DNA of 36,203 nucleotides from an uncultured bacterium (GTDB taxonomy: Bacteria > Fidelibacterota > Marinisomatia > SCGC-AAA003-L08 > D37C17). The position numbers and the translations under genes are program-made. The stretch lies in contig CAZKFO010000003.1 in NCBI GenBank assembly GCA_964552145.1, positions 1 to 36,203 on the forward strand, given 5' to 3'. The notes beneath the pieces are model-generated. The model was not told the DNA's origin, did no database searches, and worked only from the letters and a program-made list of their open reading frames with translations. Below are positions 28,114 through 36,203 of this stretch, piece by piece (position 1 is the stretch's first letter; the number at the start of each line of letters is the position of its first letter).

Positions 28114-29462
28114 TTTCCAACACAAAACTTTGAAAAAATATTATTAATAATGTCGTTTCGACTTACTGGTGAAGAAATATCATTAAAAACACTTAAAAAC
28201 TCATGCAAAATTTCTGCAACAATATCATGCGTAGAGTTATTTTTTAGTTCAGCAATTGCTTGTAAAATTTGCTTTTTGCTTTGAGAGAGAAGATCATAGT
28301 GTCGCCTGTTTATAAGTGTTTCTAGGTTTTTATTGTTTACCCCTGTAATATTTTTAATTTCTGTTGATAATTCTGTTAATAAAGAGTCTATATTTTCTCC
28401 TGTTATTGAAGAGATTTTTATTTGTTCTTTAGAAATATTTTTATATTCCACAATATCTGATTTAGACAAAACCTTAATAGATTTTTTTTCTTTAATTAAT
28501 CTATCATAGCTATTTAGATCTTTAGGATTATCTGTTAAAACTATAACAATATGAGCTAAGGATATTTCTTCTTCTGTTTTTTTAACCGCCACCTTTTCTA
28601 GTGTGTCCTTTGAGTTGATCATACCAGCGGAATCAATCAAAACAACCCTATAGCCACTTATTTCAAAAACAGTTTCTATAGAATCTCTAGTTGTCCCTGA
28701 AACATTAGAAACAATAGCTCTTTTTTCTCCAAGCAAATAATTAAAAAGACTAGATTTTCCAACATTTGGTTTTCCCAAAAGCAACACACGTAAACCATGT
28801 CGTATAATTTTTGAATGAAGAAAAGAAGATTCAATTTTTTTAATTTTATTAAGAATCAAATTAAGTTTTTCAGATATTTTTTGATTGTTTGTAAAATCAA
28901 TTTCATTTTCATTAAAGTCTAATTCGTGTTCTATTAACATCATTATATTTATCACGCTATCCCTAATATCATTAATTTTTTCAGAAAGCTGACCATTAAC
29001 ATTATTAAGAGACCTTTCTGCATACACATTGCTTTCAGAGGAAATTAAGTCATTAATTGACTCTGCTTGAATTAAATCTATTTTTCCATTATAAAAAGCC
29101 CTAAAAGAAAACTCACCAGGAAGGGCGTGTCGAACACACCCCGAATCAATAGAGTGTTGTATAATTTTGTTTGCAACATAATTACCCCCATGACAATTAA
29201 TCTCTATTATATTTTCTCCAGTGAAGGAGTTTGGGGCTTCAAAATATGATATTAAACCGTCATCTAAATGTTCTTGATTAAAGGGAGAATAAATTTTATT
29301 AAAATTAATAGTATTTTTAATAGGTAGTTTTTTTTTATTAGAAATTTTTTGATAAACCCTTTTAAGGTTTTTTCCTGATATCCGAACAACTGAAATAGAG
29401 GCCAAGCCATCTGCTGTTGCTAGCGCAATAATATTATCATCTATATCTAAATAATTTTTCAT
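28110..29462 (-). CDS. mnmE: tRNA modification GTPase MnmE (TrmE)
   Basis: Motifs IIALATADGLASISVVRISG, G1 GKPNVGKSSLFN, TTRD and LIDSAGM, with the C-terminal CVGK motif. Confidence 0.95.
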   Translation of the reverse strand: MKNYLDIDDNIIALATADGLASISVVRISGKNLKRVYQKISNKKKLPIKNTINFNKIYSPFNQEHLDDGLISYFEAPNSFTGENIIEINCHGGNYVANKIIQHSIDSGCVRHALPGEFSFRAFYNGKIDLIQAESINDLISSESNVYAERSLNNVNGQLSEKINDIRDSVINIMMLIEHELDFNENEIDFTNNQKISEKLNLILNKIKKIESSFLHSKIIRHGLRVLLLGKPNVGKSSLFNYLLGEKRAIVSNVSGTTRDSIETVFEISGYRVVLIDSAGMINSKDTLEKVAVKKTEEEISLAHIVIVLTDNPKDLNSYDRLIKEKKSIKVLSKSDIVEYKNISKEQIKISSITGENIDSLLTELSTEIKNITGVNNKNLETLINRRHYDLLSQSKKQILQAIAELKNNSTHDIVAEILHEFLSVFNDISSPVSRNDIINNIFSKFCVGK

Positions 29463-29476
29463 TAAGAGCGAGGCCC

Positions 29477-31180
29477 CTAACTATTTTTTTTAATAGAGAG
29501 CTGTTGTTGGTATGACAAGAAATTATACACAGTATAATATAAGGTTAAACCCGAAGGAAAGGTATTAAAGATTAAAATGAAAAAACCGTTCATAAAATAC
29601 ATAACATATTTTTGAGACTCCTCAGCAGACTGCATAGACACCCTCATGGTTAAAAACATACTTACCCCCATAAAGATTGGCAATATTGCTACAGCAGATC
29701 CATACATTGGAATAGAAAAAGGAAGACTAAAAACATAGTCTGGCTGTGAGAGGTCTGAAATCCACCCAAAAAAGGGTTCTCCACGAAACTCAACTGTAGA
29801 CCTAAAAACAATAAAAAAGGCCATTAAAAGCGGCATTTGAAGCAACGGCGCAATACAGCTCATTGCTGGGTTAAACCCATGTTTTTTCCAGAGCTTTCCC
29901 AGCTCTTTTTGTAACTTTTGAGGATCATTTTTATATTTTTCTTGAATTTCCTTTTGTAGAGGGGCAACAGTTTTCATTTTAATTGAAGACTCATAACTTT
30001 TTTTTGTGAGAGGACCTGTTATTATTCGCATCAACAACGCGAAAAATATAAGAATAACACCATAATTTATTCCTAGAGAGCTTCTCATTACTTTTAATAA
30101 CCACAAGACTAGCTTGCTAAACGGCTGAATAATTGACCACCCAAAATTCATAATTAATTGTATTTCGGGATTAAACTGATTAATCCAATCGATATCTAAT
30201 GGCCCCAAATATGTTGTAAATTTTAACGCCCCCTGATTCATTTTATATCCCAAGGCTGCTTGATATACAGGGGTTACTTGACGATCTCCAAAAACAACGT
30301 TTTTTGAGGATAGGGTAGAGTAATGAGATGGCATGTCAGGAAAAATTGACACAGTGAAAAACTTGTTTCGTATTGCAAACCAATCAGTGTGCCCCTCACT
30401 ATATTTATTTGTTTCAATATTTTGCGTTGATGTTTGAGTGATATAATCTACGGCCCCCTGAGATGAAACATAGGCACCAGAGTATGACAGCTCATCAGCT
30501 TCCATTTTTTCAGCAGGCATAATGCCTGAGCGCCACGCAAGCTCAACGTCTTTGTTGGGGTGTGTATTAGATAAACTAAAATCTATATTAGAGTCTATAT
30601 TATAAGAGTTCCCTACAAAAATTATTTTCTTATCAACAAAGTCACCCAGACTATTTTCAAAGCGATAATGAAGCACGAGCTCTTGATTTCCAGACAGCAC
30701 AATATTATCACCACTTAAGGGAGTTATTAATTTAAAAGGCTCATTAATTAGGGTATTACCACTATCAACAGATAGGCAGGGAGAACACCTAGTATTTAGC
30801 CAATCAACATGTAATAATACGGGATTATTATTGTGATATTCACCCAATCCATCATAAGAACCCGAATATTGTAATTCTCCTTTATCCACACCAACAAGCT
30901 GATAGTTTAATATTGACCCCCCAGACCTATTGGATAACTGTAAAGCAAACAAGTCTGTGGTAATATTAATAATTTTTTCTTTTACATCTAATAGGGACCC
31001 CTCTATTTTATTAGATGAGATAGTTTGCTGCTCATTTTTTATAGATAAAGATTGTTGAGGTGTAGGATTATCTAAGGCTTCTTCTGGGGGCAAAACACCA
31101 ATAAAATCCAAATATATTGGTATCATTAAAAACACTAAAAACATTAAGACCGCTGCAACAATATTTCGAGTAATATTCAT
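29477..31180 (-). CDS. yidC: Membrane protein insertase YidC
   Basis: 567 aa with an N-terminal anchor, a large periplasmic domain and a 5-TM core. The core motif is KKHGFNPAMSCIAPLLQMPLLMAFF. Synteny is rnpA-yidC. Confidence 0.9.
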   Translation of the reverse strand: MNITRNIVAAVLMFLVFLMIPIYLDFIGVLPPEEALDNPTPQQSLSIKNEQQTISSNKIEGSLLDVKEKIINITTDLFALQLSNRSGGSILNYQLVGVDKGELQYSGSYDGLGEYHNNNPVLLHVDWLNTRCSPCLSVDSGNTLINEPFKLITPLSGDNIVLSGNQELVLHYRFENSLGDFVDKKIIFVGNSYNIDSNIDFSLSNTHPNKDVELAWRSGIMPAEKMEADELSYSGAYVSSQGAVDYITQTSTQNIETNKYSEGHTDWFAIRNKFFTVSIFPDMPSHYSTLSSKNVVFGDRQVTPVYQAALGYKMNQGALKFTTYLGPLDIDWINQFNPEIQLIMNFGWSIIQPFSKLVLWLLKVMRSSLGINYGVILIFFALLMRIITGPLTKKSYESSIKMKTVAPLQKEIQEKYKNDPQKLQKELGKLWKKHGFNPAMSCIAPLLQMPLLMAFFIVFRSTVEFRGEPFFGWISDLSQPDYVFSLPFSIPMYGSAVAILPIFMGVSMFLTMRVSMQSAEESQKYVMYFMNGFFILIFNTFPSGLTLYYTVYNFLSYQQQLSIKKNS

Positions 31181-31183
31181 AAT

Positions 31184-31498
31184 TTAATTTTCAAGAAGGC
31201 AGTTGGATAGTTTAAAAAAAATATTTGATATTTGACTATAGTCAATGTTGATTGTTTGGGGTTTTATTATGACACCAACAGGGGACTTAAGGTCGTTTTT
31301 ACACATTGTTGAAAAAACATCTCGACAGCGACGCTTTAGAAGGTTTCGATCCCTTGCAGACCCCAACTGCCTCGGGACAATAAAGCCTAAACAATTATTA
31401 TCATACAAGCTATATATAAGAGTTAAATCTTTATTTTTAATATAGTTTGGAGAGCTGATTATATGATTGAAAACAGACTTATTAATAGAAAACTTCAT
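31184..31498 (-). CDS. rnpA: Ribonuclease P protein component
   Basis: LGFIVPRQLGSARDRNLLKRRCRDVF matches the RNase P protein RNR motif. It is immediately downstream of rpmH. The ATG at 31498 overlaps the rpmH stop (TGATG). Confidence 0.8.
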   Translation of the reverse strand: MKFSINKSVFNHIISSPNYIKNKDLTLIYSLYDNNCLGFIVPRQLGSARDRNLLKRRCRDVFSTMCKNDLKSPVGVIIKPQTINIDYSQISNIFFKLSNCLLEN

Positions 31499-31632
31499 CA
31501 AGCAGACAATACTTTTCTACCTTTACGTCTTCTCCTTGCCAACAATGCGCGACCTGCTTTTGATGCCATTCTTGACCTAAAGCCATGCTTGTTCTTTCTT
31601 TTTCTATTACTTATTTTTATTTTTATTTTCAT
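31498..31632 (-). CDS. rpmH: 50S ribosomal protein L34 (absent from the supplied ORF track)
   Basis: My hand translation of the minus strand gives [44 protein letters not shown] (44 aa). The L34 signature is KHGFR.RM....GR..L..RR.KGRK.LS. Confidence 0.9.
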   Translation of the reverse strand: MKIKIKISNRKRKNKHGFRSRMASKAGRALLARRRRKGRKVLSA

Positions 31633-31707
31633 TATTATATACCTTAAATATCAAAGGGGCTCAAATATAGTACACTATTTACTTAGATAAAAAATAATTT
31701 ATTATAA

Positions 31708-32070
31708 TTATTTAGAAGCCGTAATTGTAGTTTTAATACCACCCCTTGGATGAAAGTCTCCAAAAACGGTTATTTGTTTTGGATTTGCTGCGCTTATAAA
31801 ATCATCCATTATACGATTAGTAACATGCTCATGAAAGATTCCCTCGTTCCTATATTTTACAATATATAGTTTTAGTGATTTCAGCTCTACAATTTTATCT
31901 CTAGGGGTATATTTAATATTAATTATCCCAAAATCAGGTAGGCCGGTTCGCGGGCAAACACAATTAAACTCCGGAATTGAAATGTTAATTTCATAATCAC
32001 GATCTATGTATTCATTTTTCACCACCTCTAAATCCTCAAAAGACGGCGATTTAATATCAATTTTATTCAT
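31708..32070 (-). CDS. queF: NADPH-dependent 7-cyano-7-deazaguanine reductase QueF (type I)
   Basis: Motifs EFNCVCPRTGLPDFGIINIKY, ELKSLKLYIVKYRNEGIFHE and the C-terminal HPRGG. I chose the ATG at 32070 (MNKIDIK) because the ORF-track TTG at 32109 lies inside the upstream terminator T-tract. Confidence 0.85.
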   Translation of the reverse strand: MNKIDIKSPSFEDLEVVKNEYIDRDYEINISIPEFNCVCPRTGLPDFGIINIKYTPRDKIVELKSLKLYIVKYRNEGIFHEHVTNRIMDDFISAANPKQITVFGDFHPRGGIKTTITASK

Positions 32071-32106
32071 AGCAGATATTAAATATAATACAAGGTATTC
32101 TGGAAA

Positions 32107-32133
32107 CAAAAAAGGCGCTTATAAAAAGCGCCC
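32107..32133 (-). terminator. Rho-independent terminator after the small-peptide gene
   Basis: On the minus strand the hairpin is GGCGCT-ttttata-AGCGCC (plus-strand stem arms at 32114-32119 and 32127-32132), followed by TTTTTTG. Confidence 0.65.
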
Positions 32134-32144
32134 TTTAAAGTTTT

Positions 32145-32372
32145 TTACCAACCCTTTTTGGGGGGTCTAATTTTTCGACGTCTACGATGCCTTCTTTTTC
32201 TAAAGGTTTTATCATCACCATCATCAGAGTGATCCTCTGTAACAGACTCAACAGACAAGTGAGAATTGTAACCATACCAATCCAAGGCACCTTGTTTATT
32301 ATAACTAGTTGCAGCTGTCGATAAAGACACCATCAACAAATAAACGAATAATATATATATAACTTTTTTCAT
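32145..32372 (-). CDS. Small secreted protein with an acidic centre and a polybasic C-terminus
   Basis: The 75-aa protein has signal peptide MKKVIYILFVYLLMVSLSTAA, then DHSDDGDD, then FRKRRHRRRRKIRPPKKGW. It has its own terminator. No family recognised. Confidence 0.4.
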   Translation of the reverse strand: MKKVIYILFVYLLMVSLSTAATSYNKQGALDWYGYNSHLSVESVTEDHSDDGDDKTFRKRRHRRRRKIRPPKKGW

Positions 32373-32433
32373 TTTTATATCCCTACAATAATATATAGAC
32401 TAAATTTCATAAAGTCAAGATAAACAGAAAAAA

Positions 32434-32787
32434 TCACTTTTCCTGCTTTTTCCACTCTAGGGGGGTTATGGTTTCACAAATAATTTCAACCCTTCGTTGT
32501 CGAATATTATTTTTATCTACCCAAGACTGTGAATGTATTCGACCCTCCACATAAAGAAGTTGTCCTTTAACAACATATTCTTTAATAAACTCTGCAAGCT
32601 TATTCCAGGCAACCAAAGAATGCCATTCAACATGTTCCTTTTTATTCTTTTCAGCGTCCAAGCGAACTTCATTCGTTGCTAGGGATAGAGTAGCAACAGG
32701 ATGTCCTGTTGTAGTATATTTTAGTTCGGGTTGCTGTCCAACATGTCCAACTAAAATAACTCGGTTAATACTGTTTTTAGAAATCAT
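32434..32787 (-). CDS. ssb: Single-stranded DNA-binding protein, OB-fold only (no C-terminal acidic tail)
   Basis: Motifs INRVILVGHVGQQPELKYTTTGHPVATLSLATN, VEWHSLVAWNKLAE and LYVEGRIHSQSW. It is 117 aa and ends ...PLEWKKQEK. Confidence 0.8.
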   Translation of the reverse strand: MISKNSINRVILVGHVGQQPELKYTTTGHPVATLSLATNEVRLDAEKNKKEHVEWHSLVAWNKLAEFIKEYVVKGQLLYVEGRIHSQSWVDKNNIRQRRVEIICETITPLEWKKQEK

Positions 32788-32804
32788 AACTTAACTTATT
32801 TTTT

Positions 32805-34118
32805 TTATATTGGAATTTCAATAGAAAAATCAACATATTGACCTTTAATTGATACAGATAAGTCGCCACCATGTCCCTCTGCCACCTTTTTAGCAATTGT
32901 TAAGCCCAACCCAAACCCAGAGGTGTTATTTTTTACTCTACTTGATCTATAGAAAGGGGTAAATATTTTTTGTATTTCTTCACCGTTTAAATTATGACCC
33001 TTATTGGAAACACTGATAACGCAAAAGTCATTATTGCTAAAAACAGAAATTTTAATTTTTTCTTTTGGGTCACCATATTTTAATGCGTTATCAAAGAGGT
33101 TTCGCAAAGCAATGATCAACTTAGTTTTGTCACCCTTAATTTTTAAACCTACAACATGATTTTTAACATCAAAACTATCTAAATTAACATTAATAAGATC
33201 TATAACAGTATTTAATAAATTTTCAGTAGTAAAAATAGATTTATCAATATTAGAGTAGGGTAGTGACAGCTTATCAGAAAACAAGAGGTTTGAAATCATG
33301 CCTTCTAAAAAAACAACCTCATCAATCATTTTCTTTTTATTTTTATGATCTGGAATCATTTCAATTAGAAGCCGCATGCGAGCTAGGGGCGATCGCAACT
33401 CATGACTAACATCTAGAAGGAGACGCTGCTTTTGTGCCAACAGGGTTTTAATATCATTAATCATTTGATTAATAGACATAGACAATTCTGCCAACTCATC
33501 ATTACTTGTTATTGTAATTTTTGAGTGCATATCTCCTTTTCTCAATGCCTCAATTCGTTTATTAATCCATCGGATAGGACGAAAAAAGTGATTTATAAAT
33601 AAATAAAAAACAACCATAAAAATAAAAGAAAGAATTATAGGAGGCAGATAATTAATATATTCTGGACTAAGCTTTTGATCGGCCACAACAAAAAAATGTA
33701 AAGAATCTTTTTTAACATAGGTTACATATTCTATTAAATCTGTTGATCCAATAGAAACATATAATGGTGTTTTAACACCATGAAGAAACTCCATGTCTTC
33801 ACTGTCTGAATAATTTAAATAACCTTTGGGATTAAATTGTTTGGGATAATACCAATTAATCGTAGAGTCGGGGTTATATATATTAACAATCCAACGAAGG
33901 TTATCAATTTCTGCTTTAATTTTTTCGACATCTTCTAAAAAATTCCATTTTTGTACAATATTAGCATAAAAATATAATTCGTGCGCATCTAACAAGGTGT
34001 CTGGTTCTGTATAGTAATAATCAACAGTATAAAAAATTACTGTTGTTAAGAGAATTGAAAAAAAAGCAACCAACAATCCGATTTTATAAAACAAATGTTT
34101 TGTAAAAAACTTAAACAT
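32805..34118 (-). CDS. Sensor histidine kinase (2 TM, periplasmic sensor, HAMP, HisKA, HATPase)
   Basis: TM helices FYKIGLLVAFFSILLTTVIF and PPIILSFIFMVVFYLFINHFF. HAMP region RPIRWINKRIEALRKGD. H-box DVSHELRSPLA, N-box NLFDNALKY and G2 box GFGLGLTIAKKVAEGHGG. Confidence 0.88.
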   Translation of the reverse strand: MFKFFTKHLFYKIGLLVAFFSILLTTVIFYTVDYYYTEPDTLLDAHELYFYANIVQKWNFLEDVEKIKAEIDNLRWIVNIYNPDSTINWYYPKQFNPKGYLNYSDSEDMEFLHGVKTPLYVSIGSTDLIEYVTYVKKDSLHFFVVADQKLSPEYINYLPPIILSFIFMVVFYLFINHFFRPIRWINKRIEALRKGDMHSKITITSNDELAELSMSINQMINDIKTLLAQKQRLLLDVSHELRSPLARMRLLIEMIPDHKNKKKMIDEVVFLEGMISNLLFSDKLSLPYSNIDKSIFTTENLLNTVIDLINVNLDSFDVKNHVVGLKIKGDKTKLIIALRNLFDNALKYGDPKEKIKISVFSNNDFCVISVSNKGHNLNGEEIQKIFTPFYRSSRVKNNTSGFGLGLTIAKKVAEGHGGDLSVSIKGQYVDFSIEIPI

Positions 34119-34807
34119 TACTTTAAGCGTTTAGCTATAAACAAATATCCGACACCATGAACGGTTTTAATAAATCGAGTGCGTTCAGGGGTTTCTCCCA
34201 ACTTGCTACGTAGACGACTTACTAAAACATCAATAGATCTATCAAATGATTGCCATTGAATTCCGCGCAAATTTTCTACTAAAAACTCGCGATCCAATGT
34301 TTCACCTGCATGGTCTGTAATTAACACCAAGGCTTCAAACTCGGTAGTTGATAGGTGTACCAACTTGTTGTCTAGTTCAACCTCTTGAGTAAGCTTATTT
34401 ATTGAGAGCCCCTCAAACTTTAATACATCCACCATTGATGCGGGCTCTTTAACGCGTCTTAATATAGAGTGAGTACGAGCTAAGAGTTCTTTTGGCTCAA
34501 AGGGTTTTGGCATATAATCATCTGCGCCCAAGTCTAATCCAATAATTCGATCAGAAATTTCACCTCGAGCAGTTAACATAATCACCGGAGTGTCATGTTT
34601 AGTTCTAATTTTTCTTAATACCTGAAAACCATCGATTTCGGGCAGTGTAATATCTAAAATAATTATATTGGGGTCAAAACGCTCAATGGTTTCCAGGCAC
34701 TTTATAGGAGTGTGCATACACTCAATTGCAAAATCATGCTGTGAAAAAAACTCATCAAGTAATTCTGTTAATTTAATATCATCATCAATAATTAAAATTT
34801 TATTCAT
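34118..34807 (-). CDS. OmpR-family response regulator (receiver plus winged-helix DNA-binding domain)
   Basis: Motifs ILIIDDD, IIILDITLPEIDG, MLTARGE, GADDYMPKPF and the wHTH FIKTVHGVGYLF. Its stop overlaps the kinase start. Confidence 0.9.
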   Translation of the reverse strand: MNKILIIDDDIKLTELLDEFFSQHDFAIECMHTPIKCLETIERFDPNIIILDITLPEIDGFQVLRKIRTKHDTPVIMLTARGEISDRIIGLDLGADDYMPKPFEPKELLARTHSILRRVKEPASMVDVLKFEGLSINKLTQEVELDNKLVHLSTTEFEALVLITDHAGETLDREFLVENLRGIQWQSFDRSIDVLVSRLRSKLGETPERTRFIKTVHGVGYLFIAKRLK

Positions 34808-34815
34808 AATTCATC

Positions 34816-36177
34816 CTATGTTTTATTTGATATTTTACTAATTAGCTCATCAATTTTTGTTTTAAAAGCCAAATCTTTATCCATTTTATTTTCAATGTTT
34901 TTACATGCATGGACTACAGTAGAGTGATCACGCCTACCTATCTTTTCTCCTATGGTTGCCAACGGAAACGATGTTAGTTCTCTCGATATAAACATAATTA
35001 TTTGACGCGCCAGAGCAATATCTTTTCTTCTTGATTTTCCCCTAATATGACGCTCAGGGGTTTCCATATGAGATGCTACCAGCCGCATAATTGTATCAAT
35101 ATTAATATTTTCTATAACACTTTCTCCCACCATTTCCTTTAACACTTTTTTTGTTAAATCCATATCTACATCAATTTGTTTTAGAGATGAGATAGCTAAC
35201 AAGCGCACCATAACCCCCTTCATTTTTCTAATATCATTTTTAATTGTTGAAGCAATAAACTCAGTAATTTTATAATTAATTTGTAGATTGTTTGCCTCTG
35301 CATCGTTCATTAATATTGCAACGCGTGTTTCAAAGTCTGGAGGTTGAATATCTACTATAAGGCCTGATTGAAATCTTGAAATTAGGCGATCTCGAATTCC
35401 ATGTAATTCATTGGGATGACGGTCTACAGTTAAAACAATTTGTTTGCCTTTTTCATATAACGCATTAAAAAGATGAAAAAACTGTTCTTGAGTTTGCTCT
35501 TTAGATTCAAAAAACTGTACATCATCAATTAGCAAAATATCTGAGGCCCTATATTTATTTGCAAAGTCTGTTGATTGATTTTTTTGTATTGAGCTTATAA
35601 ATTCTAACATAAATTTTTCACTTGTTAAATATGTGATTTGAAACTTTGGGAAGCGCTTTAATAGTAAATTACCAATTGCCTGCAATAAATGTGTTTTTCC
35701 TAAACCAGTTTCACTATATAACAACAAGGGATTAAAAGGAGTGTTTCCTGGTGTATCAGCAACAGAGCAACATGCTGCTTTTGCAAATTGATTATCTTTT
35801 CCCTCTATGAACGTTTCAAAGGTATATCGTTGATTAAAACTATTATGATTATATTTGTTTTGTAATACCTTCGCGTTGTTTTTTTTATCAAATGATGGAA
35901 TTTCTGTTGTAGTTTTTGATGAAACAGGAATAGTGTAGTTTACCACCAAAGGGTATGATAATGTTGACTTAATAGCATCATCAATTAAATTATGATATTT
36001 AGACTCTAGCCAATCATAATGAAATTTATTGGGTACCAACAAGGTTACTTCATCTTTCGTTATATTGGCCACCTTAACATCATAAAACCATGTTTGATAG
36101 GCGGTTTCTTGAATTCGATCCTTAATATAGGCTAAGCATTTATCCCAAAACTCTTCTATGTTAATTTTTTCATCCAT
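34816..36177 (-). CDS. dnaA: Chromosomal replication initiator protein DnaA
   Basis: AAA+ Walker A SETGLGKTHLLQAIGN and Walker B ILLIDDVQFF. The box VII region and the C-terminal DNA-binding HTH GRRDHSTVVHACKNIE are present. Length is 453 aa. Confidence 0.96.
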   Translation of the reverse strand: MDEKINIEEFWDKCLAYIKDRIQETAYQTWFYDVKVANITKDEVTLLVPNKFHYDWLESKYHNLIDDAIKSTLSYPLVVNYTIPVSSKTTTEIPSFDKKNNAKVLQNKYNHNSFNQRYTFETFIEGKDNQFAKAACCSVADTPGNTPFNPLLLYSETGLGKTHLLQAIGNLLLKRFPKFQITYLTSEKFMLEFISSIQKNQSTDFANKYRASDILLIDDVQFFESKEQTQEQFFHLFNALYEKGKQIVLTVDRHPNELHGIRDRLISRFQSGLIVDIQPPDFETRVAILMNDAEANNLQINYKITEFIASTIKNDIRKMKGVMVRLLAISSLKQIDVDMDLTKKVLKEMVGESVIENINIDTIMRLVASHMETPERHIRGKSRRKDIALARQIIMFISRELTSFPLATIGEKIGRRDHSTVVHACKNIENKMDKDLAFKTKIDELISKISNKT

Positions 36178-36180
36178 AAC

Positions 36181-36189
36181 TTATCAACA
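36181..36189. promoter_or_regulatory. DnaA-box-like 9-mer TTATCAACA (one mismatch to TTATCCACA), 4 nt upstream of the dnaA start
   Basis: Read directly. It is the reverse complement of the TGTTGATAA variant at 20381-20389. Only 26 nt of the dnaA upstream region lie in the window. Confidence 0.35.
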
Positions 36190-36203
36190 AGTTATTAACA
36201 ATA

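Noticed and set aside
32071-32144. A possible preQ1 riboswitch upstream of queF.
   Set aside because: The only structured element is a GC hairpin followed by a U-tract, which fits the terminator of the upstream small ORF. The remaining ~37 nt are too short and lack the preQ1 aptamer features I know.

Overview
AT-rich bacterial chromosome segment that is almost fully coding. I saw no rRNA, tRNA, CRISPR array, transposase or integrase.

The right two-thirds (11.4-36.2 kb) lies entirely on the minus strand and is an origin-type housekeeping run: dnaA, an OmpR-type regulator and histidine kinase, a short ssb, a small secreted basic peptide, queF, rpmH, rnpA, yidC, mnmE, mnmG, mfd (disrupted), two parvulin-type PPIases, dnaN, recF, a DUF721 gene, gyrB, gyrA, yggS, a PNP-like remnant and nadC. 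Many of these junctions are ATGA or TGATG stop/start overlaps.

The left third holds the ppdK 3' end, a secreted dockerin-repeat protein and panD-panB-panC on the plus strand. It also holds the most interesting item: a tightly packed 7-gene minus-strand operon (2226-9157). That operon encodes a lipoprotein, a secreted protein, an outer-membrane-barrel-like/TPR protein, MotA, MotB, a FliF-like membrane protein and a FliG-like protein. No other flagellar gene is in the window, so it is a candidate stand-alone rotor/stator envelope machine.

Other anomalies:
- A 141-nt inverted gyrB-like fragment replaces part of mfd.
- A 5.9-kb block (mfd plus the PPIases) is compositionally deviant.
- dnaA is separated from dnaN by 14.6 kb.
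- yggS has no canonical start codon.
- The SSB lacks its C-terminal tail.

All homology calls are by-eye motif recognition; no searches were run.
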